Notes: generated by a model not told the origin, from the letters alone. Shown: positions 1 to 10,678, numbered from the stretch's first letter. The stretch is 64,000 nt of DNA from an uncultured archaeon (GCA_963810275.1 CAWENF010000001.1:1-64000); one strand, 5' to 3'. Program-made: numbers and translations.

Positions 1-57
1 TACAAATTAGGAGTCAATATCTATGATTTCTTTAAAAGAGAAGCAGTTTATGAGTAA

Positions 58-228
58 TTAAGGTGCATGTTCATCTTCTTCAAAATTTATTGCTTCCAGT
101 GTTCCTTCACGGTTTACTCTTAGCTCAGTTTGACAAACAGGGCACTGTATTATTTCCCCAGGTTCAAATAGTTTGAAGTCGCTTTTACTTGAAAAATCAA
201 ACCCACATTCGGGACATTTTGAAGTCAA
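58..228 (-). CDS. Small LysW-like zinc-ribbon protein (56 aa, not in ORF track)
   Basis: Manual translation from TTG: MTSKCPECGFDFSSKSDFKLFEPGEIIQCPVCQTELRVNREGTLEAINFEEDEHAP; two CPxC motifs and an acidic tail. Confidence 0.65.
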   Translation of the reverse strand: MTSKCPECGFDFSSKSDFKLFEPGEIIQCPVCQTELRVNREGTLEAINFEEDEHAP

Positions 229-427
229 GTGTTTATACGCCAGGATAAAATTCTATAAAGCGATAAATAAAAAGCTATCATTTGAGCACAAAACTGACCC
301 CCTAAGTTGGTTGCATTATCCGAATTGAAAAAAATCGAATTTCAAAAAAGTTGAAGGGTTTTTGCTAAATTAACTATTCCCTCAGTTCTGATGGATAGTG
401 ACGGAACTATACGTGAATGCTTAGCGA

Positions 428-1294
428 TTATTCCTCTGTATTTTCCGTTTGTTCTAAACTGTCCAAATCAGCTTCAGGCGCAGTTGTCTCTGGAGCTTCT
501 GCAAGCTTATCATTTTGGGTTGTTATTATTTTTCGTGCATGCGTTATGTAGCCTGTGTGCCCAGTCATCATAGTATTAGGTCGAGTTTTACCACGTTCCA
601 CCTGCATTGTGCGCATAAGGCACTCAATCGTTTCAATGAACACAAAACCATACTCGCGCATCGCCTCAGTTGTACGGACTACTTGGTCGATGGTAGGGCT
701 AAAAGACACCAAAACACCTGAGGGCTTAAGCGCTTCATACGCGTGAGGAACCACAAGCCACGGAACTGCCAAATCCAAAATAACCGCATCCAAATCTCGC
801 TCTTCGATGCCCATGGTGACGTCGCCGCTTTTCATCTCCACGTTGCCACCAAGCTTGGCGCGCTGGATGTTTTTAGCAGCGTTCTTCTGAAATTCGGGAC
901 GCATCTCGTATGTGTACACTTTGCCCGTTGAACCTACATAGTGTGCCAATGCGGTGGTGAGTGCGCCTGTTCCTGTGCCTGACTCAAACACTCGGCTCCC
1001 TGGGCCGATGCCGCTAAACATCACGATTAAGGCAGCATCTTTGGGGTATACAATTTGGGTGTTTCTGCCAGACTTCATAATGTAGTCAGTTAGGTGGGGT
1101 TTTAGGGTGGTGAAGGTGATGCCGAGGCTGCTTTTGATGGGTTCGCCGTATTCTTTGCCGATTAAGTCGTCCAGTTTTAGGTAGCCTTTGTGGGTGTGGA
1201 AGGTTTGTCCTGACTGCATTTTAATCATGTAAGTTCTGCGTGAGTCTAAGTAGATGAGTACGTAGTCGCCTTCGGCGATTTTTTGGTTAGTCAC
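428..1294 (-). CDS. trmI: tRNA (adenine-N1)-methyltransferase TrmI/GCD14
   Basis: TQIVYPKDAA, SAM motif ESGTGTGALT, LDLAVPW, GHTGY. Confidence 0.93.
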   Translation of the reverse strand: MTNQKIAEGDYVLIYLDSRRTYMIKMQSGQTFHTHKGYLKLDDLIGKEYGEPIKSSLGITFTTLKPHLTDYIMKSGRNTQIVYPKDAALIVMFSGIGPGSRVFESGTGTGALTTALAHYVGSTGKVYTYEMRPEFQKNAAKNIQRAKLGGNVEMKSGDVTMGIEERDLDAVILDLAVPWLVVPHAYEALKPSGVLVSFSPTIDQVVRTTEAMREYGFVFIETIECLMRTMQVERGKTRPNTMMTGHTGYITHARKIITTQNDKLAEAPETTAPEADLDSLEQTENTEE

Positions 1295-1588
1295 AGTTTA
1301 TCCTCTGGAAAAGTGAAAATGGACTTGGTGCATTTAAGCTTTGAATTCTCCTGGTTTTTTTAGACATTTTAGGTGATAGTTATTTGTGCTCTCGTTAACT
1401 TATTACGTAATTTAATTCCAAATGTGCCTAGGCATAACAGTAAACTCAGAACACATGATAAGCAATGACAGCGTGGGTTGTGCGTTTGCCAAGTTTCATC
1501 CATTTATTGGTTTGCATGTGTTTTGGGGTTGTCAGCTTGTACAGCAAGCCAAAAATAGTAGGGCAAAGTAAGATTTAAAGAGAACCCT

Positions 1589-2821
1589 GTGACGCTATTC
1601 AATATAATAACTGACGTTTTGATTGTTTTGGCAGCGGCGCTGCTCGTCGGCGAAATTTTTGAGCGATTCCGCTTACCCTCTGTTGTAGGTGAAATCTTAG
1701 CAGGCATGATAATTGGTCCCTCCATTTTAGGTTTAGTTACCGCCAATGAGCCTCTTCAAGCAGTCACATCAATCGCTTTGTTCTTCATCATTTTCCACAT
1801 CGGTTTTGAACTTAGAACCAGTATGCTTAATCACAGAATAAGCGTCGCCACAATGTTTAGCCTCACCAGTTTTCTTGTGCCTTTAACCTTAATGGTGCTT
1901 GCAGCTCTGCTTTTGTTCCCGTTTAGCACTCAAGAAAACCTCATAATTGCGCTTGCTATTGCTGTCCCCTCACTTTCCATAGTGTCAGTTCTAATTTGGC
2001 AATACAAGCTATTACGAACCACCACTGGACAAATTATACTTGCCTCAGTTACAATATCTGACGTCATTGCCTTCGTAATTTTTGCTGCAATATTGCGACC
2101 CATAGGCAGTGTAATCCTCACAGTAGTTGAAGTCGGTATTTTCATGCTTTTCTTCTTAGCCATAGACGCATTATTGAACCGAAAATCGACATTAATACAA
2201 AAAGGCCTTGCCCGCGCCTCTGGCTTTTTCAAACGAGCAGACTTCGATTTTGCTCTTATCATTATCTTTGCACTTGTCATTTCCGCCCTCTTCTTAAGCA
2301 TGGGTTTAAGCTACATTTTAGGCGCCTTCTTTGCAGGATTAATTTTTCACGATGGCTTAATCGGAAAAAAAGTCTACGACAGAGTCTGCCAAACGCTTTC
2401 TACCATGAACAACATTTTCTTTATCCCTCTGTTTTTCGGATTCGCAGGATTAGAAGTCGTATTAGCCAGCATCGCTCCTTTCTACTACGTCGGCATGGCG
2501 GTGATGATTGTTATAGCGTTAGGAGTAGGTGTATCGCTGACATACTATTTCTGTAAGAATACGCTACTGCATTCCAAACTTGATGTTGCTCCAAAACAAC
2601 TTGCTGGAATACTGGGTGGACGCGGCGCCATAGGCATAGTAATCGCGACATTAGCATTAGGAAACGGAATTTTAAGTGAAGCAGGTTTCTCAATGGTTAT
2701 CTTGGCGACTTTAATTATCTCATTGGTTATTCCCTTTTTAGCAGGTAGATTAAAACAAGAAAAACCCGGCTGCGAGTTACCCCCGCCGCCTCTCCCAGAT
2801 GACCCTCCAGGCCCCTCTTAA
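1589..2821 (+). CDS. Cation:proton antiporter (CPA2/KefB-like)
   Basis: Highly hydrophobic; LPSVVGEILAGMIIGPS, ILGAFFAGL, FFIPLFF. Confidence 0.85.
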   Translation: MTLFNIITDVLIVLAAALLVGEIFERFRLPSVVGEILAGMIIGPSILGLVTANEPLQAVTSIALFFIIFHIGFELRTSMLNHRISVATMFSLTSFLVPLTLMVLAALLLFPFSTQENLIIALAIAVPSLSIVSVLIWQYKLLRTTTGQIILASVTISDVIAFVIFAAILRPIGSVILTVVEVGIFMLFFLAIDALLNRKSTLIQKGLARASGFFKRADFDFALIIIFALVISALFLSMGLSYILGAFFAGLIFHDGLIGKKVYDRVCQTLSTMNNIFFIPLFFGFAGLEVVLASIAPFYYVGMAVMIVIALGVGVSLTYYFCKNTLLHSKLDVAPKQLAGILGGRGAIGIVIATLALGNGILSEAGFSMVILATLIISLVIPFLAGRLKQEKPGCELPPPPLPDDPPGPS

Positions 2822-2843
2822 CGTACACTTCGCATTAAGCTTA

Positions 2844-3110
2844 CTATTTTGACTCTTCAGAGTCAATTAAGCGTTTCAACTTCTTTTCCATACGCCGTTC
2901 ATAAAGATGCTCAGGCACAGGCGGAGATAAGGTTTTTTTCTTGTACAATTCGCAGGTTGGCACAATGCGTTGCTCACCCGCTTTAACATTTATTCTTTCG
3001 CCGTTTAGGTAGTCTTCAAAATTCTCCTGCGCTTCTACTATTCGGTAGCCTTCACTTTCGGTTATGACTTTAACTTTGTATAGTCCTCGGTAAAAATAAA
3101 ATTCAGACAT
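2844..3110 (-). CDS. Small hypothetical protein (MSEFYFYRGLYKVKV...), apparently fused to the upstream kinase only by a frameshift
   Basis: ATG at 3110; removing one T from the T6 run at 3177-3182 would end the kinase at CKKSPIPA* (3158). Confidence 0.55.
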   Translation of the reverse strand: MSEFYFYRGLYKVKVITESEGYRIVEAQENFEDYLNGERINVKAGEQRIVPTCELYKKKTLSPPVPEHLYERRMEKKLKRLIDSEESK

Positions 3111-3157
3111 AAAACCCACAAGTAAATAGAAGGCGTTTTGGAGTAAAAAGTTTCCGT

Positions 3158-4881
3158 CTACGCTGGGATAGGTGACTTTTTTGCATAGATTTGAAATTGC
3201 AAACATAATAGCTGGCATAGTGAAGATGCTAAACACGCGTGTGTACTTGGGTGATGCTGCCTTGCGTACATCCTCTGCTTTTCCCCCCGCCTGCAGATAG
3301 CCTTCAATAAAGGCTCGGGTGACTGCCTCTGCTTTTTCAGTTCCATCAAAGGGTTGCATGTAGTGACCGCAGTAGTACAAAAAAACAGCTATATCCCAGG
3401 TTTTGTCGCCGCCTTTCTGCGCCTGCTCAAAGTCGATAAGATAAATGGATCCATCAGGTTTTATTAGGACGTTGTCGGGTTTTGTGTCGCCTAACACTAC
3501 ACCGGTTTGGTGTACTTTCGCCATGATTCCCCCTACTTTAGCTACCGTTTCAAGCACTTCTACACCAGTTTCGCCTGTTGAGAACTGTTTAATGGTTGTG
3601 CTAAGGTTTTTTCCCTCAATAAACTCCATAAAGACTATGCGTTCAGCGTTGCTTACATGCAAAATCTTGGGCACATTAAATCCTTCACCCAGCAACTGTT
3701 CGCTTATTGCACATTCCTTGGCGAGCCGTGCCTGCCCAGAAACCGCAAACGTCCGCGCACCAAAAGACCACAAAGTTAACGGGAACCATTTGAATCCAGA
3801 CCAATCCTTAAACCGCTTAGCTAACACTTTGCGTGAACCAGCGTTGATCAAATAAACGTCGTTTAGCATTCCACCCAGCGGGTTAACTTGTATGTCCACT
3901 TTTTCTCCCTTGAGAAGCATCCTTTTCGTGTATCCTTTTATGTCGATTTTCTCCGAAAGCGAAACTATACCCTCCGACGTGGGGAAAAACACATATTTCT
4001 GAGGGTCAATAAACCGCGTGTTTGGGATCGACAGGACGTATCAGGTTGATTTTCTGGGTTTTCAAAAATGTCTCAGTGTTCTGGGTCACAATGCTTAATA
4101 GTTGTGGCAAAACACCAAAAAGCGAACTGAACAGGGTGCGGGGGGCATTTTTTGAGAGGTGAATTATTCGCAGTTTGGGGTCTTGGCTTTGGTTGATGAA
4201 TTTGCTGGTTATGGTTACATAATTGTTCTTAAACTCCACCGTTTGTGTGTCTTGCAGTTGTTTGAGTGCTATACGATAGGTCTTCAGCGATTGCTCTTCG
4301 GTTTGGGTTATGCTGTGGGTTAAGTCGTTTAAGTCGTAGTTAAGTAGCGGAAAAACCCTAACGCGGTTTGAAACCACTTCGTAGAGGAAGTAGCGCGGAT
4401 CAATCTTTATGATGTTTGCTAACTCAGGGAAGTTAAAAACCAAGTTTTCAAGTGACTCTAAAATTAGCCGTCGCTTAAGCTCTACCTCCAACTCATAAAG
4501 GTACGTTTTTCCATTAAGCGGGGTGTAAGGAAATAAAAGCTTGCTAGCCATGGCCTCGCCTAAGAAGCCTCTGTCTACGTCGCGCTCAAAAAACCATTGA
4601 TCTACCGCAAATACAAAAAAAGTTTTAGATCGGATGACCTTGAGGTAGCTTAAGAGTCGTGGTTGGAAATCACGTATTACAACCATAACTTCGTGAATTG
4701 TATATTGATTTGCAGATTTAGCTTGGTACTTATCGACTTCGGCAACAGCGACGATTGTTTGTTTCCCTGCAATATGCCTACAGAACTCTAAAAGTTCTCC
4801 GTTTAAAGCGCTGCTTACTTCATAGTTCAGAGTTTTTACAGCTATTTTCCCCTGTTTGTAGTAATTATAGCAATGGCGCAA
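3158..4881 (-). CDS. Atypical RIO/Bud32/Kdo-like kinase with long N-terminal domain; split by a frameshift near 4021
   Basis: Kinase motifs VLAKRF, VPKIL, MEFIEG, GDTKPDN, IDFE; the frames join as ...PVDP/NTRFIDPQKYVFFPTSEG when one base is removed. Confidence 0.7.
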
Positions 4882-4985
4882 CGGGTTATTAAAACCGACT
4901 TCTCATCTGGTTACAGCGTCAGAGGGTAGCCTGAGTAGCTGCATGAGCTGGCAAGACCTTTAACTTGTCAGTTCCTGAGGCTTTT

Positions 4986-5363
4986 TTAATGTGTAGTTTG
5001 GGCGATGATTCCGATTGTTTGTTCTGTTTCTGGGTTGATTATGGTTATTTTTCTGCAGATGTGGTTTAGGTATTCTTCTGTGTAGGTTAGCATGTTTTGT
5101 CCGTCGTTTGTTAGTTTGTAGGTTTTTCTTGGGCGTTCGCTGTCTATGCTCCAGGCGGATGCGACGTAGCCTTTCTTTTCTAGGGTTGCTAATAGTGGGT
5201 ATATGGTGGATGGGCCGAAGTATATGCCGTAGTCTTTTCTTATTTTGGTTATTATTTGGTATCCGTGCATGGGTTGGGTTTGTAGGTCTTGTAGGATGAT
5301 CATGTCTAGTAGGCCTTTTGTTAGTTTGGTTGTTATTTCTTTTTGTGTGTTGGGTTTTATCAT
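4986..5363 (-). CDS. PadR-family transcriptional regulator
   Basis: PMHGYQII, GPSTIYPLLATLEKKGY, RPRKTYKLT; probable ATG at 5363 after GGAG (ORF track extends to 5516). Confidence 0.88.
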   Translation of the reverse strand: MIKPNTQKEITTKLTKGLLDMIILQDLQTQPMHGYQIITKIRKDYGIYFGPSTIYPLLATLEKKGYVASAWSIDSERPRKTYKLTNDGQNMLTYTEEYLNHICRKITIINPETEQTIGIIAQTTH

Positions 5364-5553
5364 GTTTTTTTCTCCGGTTATTGTGTATTTTTGTCGAACA
5401 GTTTTTCTGTTAGACGTGTGTACAATATGTCCTTCTGCGGACATATCTTGATTATAGAGTAATGATACAACCCATATAAGTCTTGAGGCATACCATAAGC
5501 ATACCAAAACATACATAATTCGAGTTATAGCTTAAATAAAACAGGTATTAACC

Positions 5554-5567
5554 ATGCCTTAAGGCAT
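5554..5567. promoter_or_regulatory. Perfect 14-bp palindrome ATGCCTTAAGGCAT, candidate PadR operator
   Basis: Between TATA-like CTTAAATA (~5531-5538) and the PadR start at 5584; 11/14 copy at 5478-5491. Confidence 0.5.
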
Positions 5568-5583
5568 CTAAAAGGTCAACTCT

Positions 5584-5913
5584 ATGGCCCCAGACTATCA
5601 AAAAGAAATTGTACAACACATAATCAGAAACCTGCTTGATATGCAGCTTTTGCGTATTGTTGGGGCTGGGCCGATTTGGGGTTATAGGATTAGTAAGCGG
5701 GTGGAGGCTGAGTTTGATGTTAAGATTCGTCATGAGACTTTGTATAGTACTCTTAGTTTGCTTGAAAAGAAAGGGTTTGTTGAATCTGTTATTGAGCTTA
5801 AGGGGGGTCGTCAACGCAAAGTGTATACTATAACTACAGAGGGCAAACAGTACCTACAAACCTTCTACAGCATCATACAAGGCCAACAAGTAAAACCATT
5901 CCGAACTCCGTAG
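5584..5913 (+). CDS. PadR-family transcriptional regulator
   Basis: PIWGYRI, TLYSTLSLLEKKGFV, GRQRKVYTITTEG. Confidence 0.88.
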   Translation: MAPDYQKEIVQHIIRNLLDMQLLRIVGAGPIWGYRISKRVEAEFDVKIRHETLYSTLSLLEKKGFVESVIELKGGRQRKVYTITTEGKQYLQTFYSIIQGQQVKPFRTP

Positions 5914-5968
5914 AACTGATGACAAAGCTTTTATCGTAAATGCACACACAAGCTAAGAGGCGATATTG

Positions 5969-6662
5969 CATGACTTTGGAATCAAGCAAAACCCTTGGCG
6001 GAGCAGGCGCACTTATGCTTTTTGTTGCTGCCACACTGTTTTTTGTTTCGTCCTTCGGCCTAGCCTTTGGAGCATTTGGCGCCTTAGCTTTAGGTGTTAT
6101 AGGTTTGATTCTTATGCTAATAGGCTTAAACGGGTTAGCTGGCTACTTCAAAGACCGCTCCATCTTTAACCATTCGTTGTTTGCAGTGATAGTGGTGGTG
6201 GTCGGCGCAGTAATTGCGGGTGTAGTATTGGTAACTGTGATTTTATCTAACATCACTTCTTTGTTTGGAATGCTATACCCAGGCTGGAACGGCAACCTAT
6301 CGGATCTGCCAAATATAACACCTGACACAAGCGCCATAACACCCGACAACATAAACATAGCTGCACTTATGCCCTTTCTAATTGGCTTTTTAGGCGTCTG
6401 GGTCGTAGTCTGGATTACAGCGATAATAGCTACATATCTTGCCCGTCGCTCACTTATCTCAATTGCTGACAAATCAACCACTAAACTGTTTAGCACTGCA
6501 GGTATGATCATGCTCATCGGCGGCTTCTTGGGAATTTTGGCAATCGGTTACTTCCTAATAGTGGTGGGCTTACTGCTTTTGGCGGTGGCGTTCTTCCAGC
6601 TTCAACCAAACCCGCCCGAACCTGCGATGCCTCCTGCGCCGCCTCAAGCCACAATGATGTAG
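5969..6662 (+). CDS. Archaeal membrane protein, DUF996-like
   Basis: SKTLGGAGA N-terminus, multiple TM helices, LAVAFFQL C-terminus and Pro-rich tail; ATG after GAGG. Confidence 0.7.
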
Positions 6663-6672
6663 CTGCTGTCAT

Positions 6673-7176
6673 TTAGACAATGTATTTGCCTGTCTTCTCA
6701 AAGTCCCTAACAATTTCCATGACTCTTTTCGGTGAAAACGCTTGGCTAAGCGGTAGACCTTTTAGCAGAACCCATGGCGACTTGAGGGCAAGCACGGTGG
6801 CTATGTGTTCTTCGCCGAATGCTTTCTTGGCAACCTCCACTACTTCGCATCGAACACCTACCTCAGACATTTCGCCAAGGGCGTGCAGATACTCGTGAAG
6901 CAGTAGGTTGTAAACTAAGGCGTTGACAGTTGCTTTATCAGCCACTTGGGATTCAACCACATCGACTAATGCGCGGTTTAGCACGATGTTGTTGGTTCCT
7001 ACAGGGTAGTATGCGCCTAGCTGTAGGGGTAGGTCGTCGAGGAAGAGCATCATGCAGTTGCGGCGTTTGCCCAAAGCATATTGGGCGGTTTCTTGGACTA
7101 TTTTCCAGACTTCGCCGTAGTTTCTGGCGTTGTCTAAGCAGGTAGAGAAGGTTTCGTTATTGTTGTTTTGATTCAG
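6673..7176 (-). CDS. Hypothetical protein with zincin HExxH motif
   Basis: LLHEYLHALG; start uncertain (GGAGG precedes CTG at 7176; ORF track start 7311 overlaps the next gene). Confidence 0.65.
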   Translation of the reverse strand: MNQNNNNETFSTCLDNARNYGEVWKIVQETAQYALGKRRNCMMLFLDDLPLQLGAYYPVGTNNIVLNRALVDVVESQVADKATVNALVYNLLLHEYLHALGEMSEVGVRCEVVEVAKKAFGEEHIATVLALKSPWVLLKGLPLSQAFSPKRVMEIVRDFEKTGKYIV

Positions 7177-7304
7177 AAATATGCCTCCTACATAAGGCAA
7201 TGAAAACTTCGCACTTTTAAGGGTTACACAGCATGGACACAAAAATAATCGTAAAATTGATAAACAACGTCTGCTTCCTTCATAGCAAATAGGTGAAAAA
7301 TTAG

Positions 7305-7724
7305 ATGGCAAACAACGTGACAGTAAAAGACATCATGCAAAAAGACGTTAAAACAGTAGAAAACAACACCGTCCTAAAAGACGTAATCGCTTTAATGACT
7401 AAAAACGACAAAGACGCAATCTTTGTTATCCAGAGCGGCAAGCCAACAGGCATCATCACAACAAGAGACTTAGTTGTCCGCGCAATGGAAGCTGAAGTAC
7501 CAATCAGAACCATAATCGCAAGAATGGTCTACACAAACCCTCTCGTCGTAATTGACCAAAACGCAACTCTCAAAGAAGCAGCTGAACTAATGAAACACTG
7601 GAACATAAAGCACCTCCCCGCAGTCGACAAAAACGGCGCACTCGTCGGATTAGTCGATGCAATGCAAATCGTCCAAGCAGACCCAAAACTGATCCCAATC
7701 ATGGATTATGCCCGCCGAAAGTAA
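7305..7724 (+). CDS. CBS-domain pair protein
   Basis: VKDIM, GIITTRDL, IKHLPAVD..LVGLV. Confidence 0.9.
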   Translation: MANNVTVKDIMQKDVKTVENNTVLKDVIALMTKNDKDAIFVIQSGKPTGIITTRDLVVRAMEAEVPIRTIIARMVYTNPLVVIDQNATLKEAAELMKHWNIKHLPAVDKNGALVGLVDAMQIVQADPKLIPIMDYARRK

Positions 7725-7812
7725 TTTCGGCTCAACACTTTATTTTTTAATTTCTTAGAAAACAATTTTTTTGTTTAGGTTAAAATAAGAAAAATAAAAG
7801 TTGTAAGCAGTT

Positions 7813-8115
7813 TTACTGCTTAGCGGATTCTTTTGCCCAAGCTTCTTTTGCAGCTTTCGCTATGGCATCAATGCTTGGCTGGGTATTCAAATCGTATAAA
7901 ACGCCCTTAACAAGTTCGTTATTAACAATTAGCGCGATTTCGCCAGGTCTAAGTGGCTCGGGTCTAGTTGATTGAAAAACGCGAAGTGCGCGTAGACACA
8001 ATTTTACGAGTACATTGTTAAGTTCTTCTTGAAGTTGGCTCAATTCGTCTTTTGCTTCAATCATCTTTTTGCTATAAGCGTCTGAATCTCTTTTCCCAGT
8101 AGGTTCCATGCTCAT
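7813..8115 (-). CDS. Hypothetical protein
   Basis: 100-aa ORF with coding-like composition and coiled-coil N-terminus. Confidence 0.7.
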   Translation of the reverse strand: MSMEPTGKRDSDAYSKKMIEAKDELSQLQEELNNVLVKLCLRALRVFQSTRPEPLRPGEIALIVNNELVKGVLYDLNTQPSIDAIAKAAKEAWAKESAKQ

Positions 8116-8493
8116 TTCTAAATCAATCCATTAAGGAAGCATGTAAACGGCTAATTATAACATTTACTGAAACTCTGCTTTTTCAGCAGTTGACGGTATA
8201 GCGCCATTTTTTATTTATTTCTCTTTATGTACGTATGGTGAATCCTACTGCCACACAAGATAGTTTAAGAAACAGTTGCTTTTTATTTTTGCATCATTTT
8301 TCTTTTCCTGACGCCATGCAGTGGCGGGATTTTCTCGTGGACGTTAAAATAAGCTTTGTGACGGTTTAAAAACAGAAAAAAACCATCCTTATACAGCTCT
8401 TTCACTACACCCGTTTTTGTAGTATTTATGCTGTTTATATTTGCAACCGCCGTTTTGGTATTAGCTATAAAAATAAAAAAAGTCTGAATGACA

Positions 8494-10122
8494 TTAGGCA
8501 ATGGGGTCTTTTGGTTTACCCAGTTTCTTGTTGATGCAAGCCTGGATAAAGCCAAAGTATTCTGGTTCTGGTCTTCCGGGTCTGCTTTTGAATTCGCCAT
8601 GGAACTGAGAAGCAAAATAGAAATACTTGTCTGGCAGTTCGAGGGTTTCCATTCTTCTGCCGTCGCTTGATTTGCCCGTGAAGTGCATGCCGTTGCGTTT
8701 GAGTGCATCAATATAATCGAGGTTGACTTCGAAGCGGTGACGGTGGCGCTCACGGATTTCTTCTTGCCCGTAGAGATTGTTGGCTAAGCTGCCTTTCTGT
8801 AAAACGATTTTATGAGCGCCCAAGCGCATGGTTGCTCCTTTGACTTTTATATCTCGCTGTTCAGGCATTAGGTCGATGACTGGGTAGGGTGTGTCAGGAT
8901 TGATTTCGCTGCTGTTAGCATCCTTTAAGCCTACGACATTTCTAGCGAACTCTATAACTGCGAGTTGGAATCCATAGCATATACCCAAGAATGGAATGTC
9001 GTTTTCCCGAGCGTATCGGACCGCTGCAATTTTTCCTTCAGTACCCCGTGGTCCGAAACCGTAGGGGACAAATACACCGTCGTAGGCTGCTAGTTCTTTT
9101 AGGCAATCGGGTTCACGCTCGAATTTTTCGGCTTCAAGATAGCTTATGCACACTTTGGTTTTGCATGCAGCGCCGCCATGGCGGAGCGCTTCGGTCATGC
9201 TGACATAGCTATCGCTTAGACCAGCATATTTGCCGACCAATGCGATTTTGACTTCATGTTCGGGGTGAACCATGCCGTCCACAAACTTTTGCCACTGGGT
9301 GAAGTTTTTGCCGTCGCAGTCAAGCCCAAGGCGTTGGCAGATGAAGTCTCCCATACCCTGCTTATCCAAAATCAATGGGACTTGGTAGACAGTTTCAGCG
9401 TTGTAGCTGCAGAACACAGAGTTTTCAGGGATGGTGCCAAACAGGGCAATTTTGCGCAGCGATTCTGCGTCAATCATCTGTGGGCTGCGTGCGACGATTG
9501 TGTCTGGTTGGATACCGATGCGGCGCAACTCGTTAACACTGTGCTGCAACGGTTTAGTTTTCATTTCACCTGTGACATCAAGAATTGGGACTAAGGCTAC
9601 GTGGACATAGAGCGTGTTTTCGTAGCCTTCCTCCACACGCATTTGGCGGATGGCTTCAAGGAATGGTAAGCCTTCGATGTCTCCTACTGTCCCCCCGACC
9701 TCGGTTAAAACAATGTCTGCGCCTACTGATTTGCCGGCGTTTCTGATGCGGTTCTTAATTTCGTTAGTAACATGGGGTACGATCTGCACACATCTGCCCA
9801 AAAAGTCGCCGTGGCGCTCCTTCTCGATTATGCTTCGGTAAATGGTGCCTGTGGTCAAGTTGTTATCCTGTTTTAAGCTAAGATCCAAGAAACGTTCGTA
9901 CCACCCCAAGTCAAGGTCGGTTTCGCCGCCGTCATCGGTGACAAAAACTTCCCCGTGCATGTAGGGGTTCATCGTACCCGCGTCAATATTAACATAGGGG
10001 TCGATTTTTACGACTGTGGGATTTAAGTCTCTTGCCTGCAACATTTTGCCAATAGAAGACGTTAAAATACCCTTACCAACTGAGCTTAACACACCACCTG
10101 TAACGAAAATGTATTTTGCCAT
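8494..10122 (-). CDS. pyrG: CTP synthase
   Basis: KYIFVTGGVLSSVGKG, KTKPLQHSV, GICYG, ERHRHRFE, QFHGE. Confidence 0.98.
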   Translation of the reverse strand: MAKYIFVTGGVLSSVGKGILTSSIGKMLQARDLNPTVVKIDPYVNIDAGTMNPYMHGEVFVTDDGGETDLDLGWYERFLDLSLKQDNNLTTGTIYRSIIEKERHGDFLGRCVQIVPHVTNEIKNRIRNAGKSVGADIVLTEVGGTVGDIEGLPFLEAIRQMRVEEGYENTLYVHVALVPILDVTGEMKTKPLQHSVNELRRIGIQPDTIVARSPQMIDAESLRKIALFGTIPENSVFCSYNAETVYQVPLILDKQGMGDFICQRLGLDCDGKNFTQWQKFVDGMVHPEHEVKIALVGKYAGLSDSYVSMTEALRHGGAACKTKVCISYLEAEKFEREPDCLKELAAYDGVFVPYGFGPRGTEGKIAAVRYARENDIPFLGICYGFQLAVIEFARNVVGLKDANSSEINPDTPYPVIDLMPEQRDIKVKGATMRLGAHKIVLQKGSLANNLYGQEEIRERHRHRFEVNLDYIDALKRNGMHFTGKSSDGRRMETLELPDKYFYFASQFHGEFKSRPGRPEPEYFGFIQACINKKLGKPKDPIA

Positions 10123-10235
10123 TAGTTTCCCCGCAATAGCTTACTCCTTTTATGCTAAATCAATTTAACTCTTTTGTGTGAAGAGCTGAAAAAACCTGCA
10201 AAAACAATTAGTGAATCAAAAAAAAACTTTTAAGG

Positions 10236-10601
10236 CTACGTTCGATATCTGCGGTTTCGCCTCAAACCCAGCGTCAAAATCCATATACCGATGAGTATAA
10301 GTATGAGCGGCCAGAGGAAGCTCCAGATGTTAAAACCTGCAAACGCTGCCACACCTATTAAAACGATGAATAAGCCCGCTATTAGAAGTCCGATGCCTGC
10401 CCCGCCATGACGGTATTTTCTATCTTCATAGCGGTGGTGGTTATGTTCATAGTTACTGTAAGGGCGGCTGGATGGCTCTGTCACCAGAGGGGCGCCGCAG
10501 TTTGAGCATGTCGACGACGAGTCGGGGTTGAGGGTTCCGCATCGGGTGCAATAAACCAAGTTTGATTTCTCCAATAATAATCTTAGAGAGGGTCCGCTCA
10601 T
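10236..10601 (-). CDS. Zinc-ribbon plus two-TM membrane protein
   Basis: YCTRCG...CSNCGAPL followed by hydrophobic helices with WPLILILIG; true start probably TTG near 10560. Confidence 0.75.
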   Translation of the reverse strand: MSGPSLRLLLEKSNLVYCTRCGTLNPDSSSTCSNCGAPLVTEPSSRPYSNYEHNHHRYEDRKYRHGGAGIGLLIAGLFIVLIGVAAFAGFNIWSFLWPLILILIGIWILTLGLRRNRRYRT

Positions 10602-10678
10602 AAAATTTTTGGTGTCAAACCAAATTTAATCTCAGATTTGTTGCATAAAAACTATTAATAACTGATGCAATAGCTTTT

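Noticed and set aside
2844-3992. Apparent kinase-hypothetical fusion protein
   Set aside because: Better explained by a one-base insertion in a T6 run that removes the kinase stop
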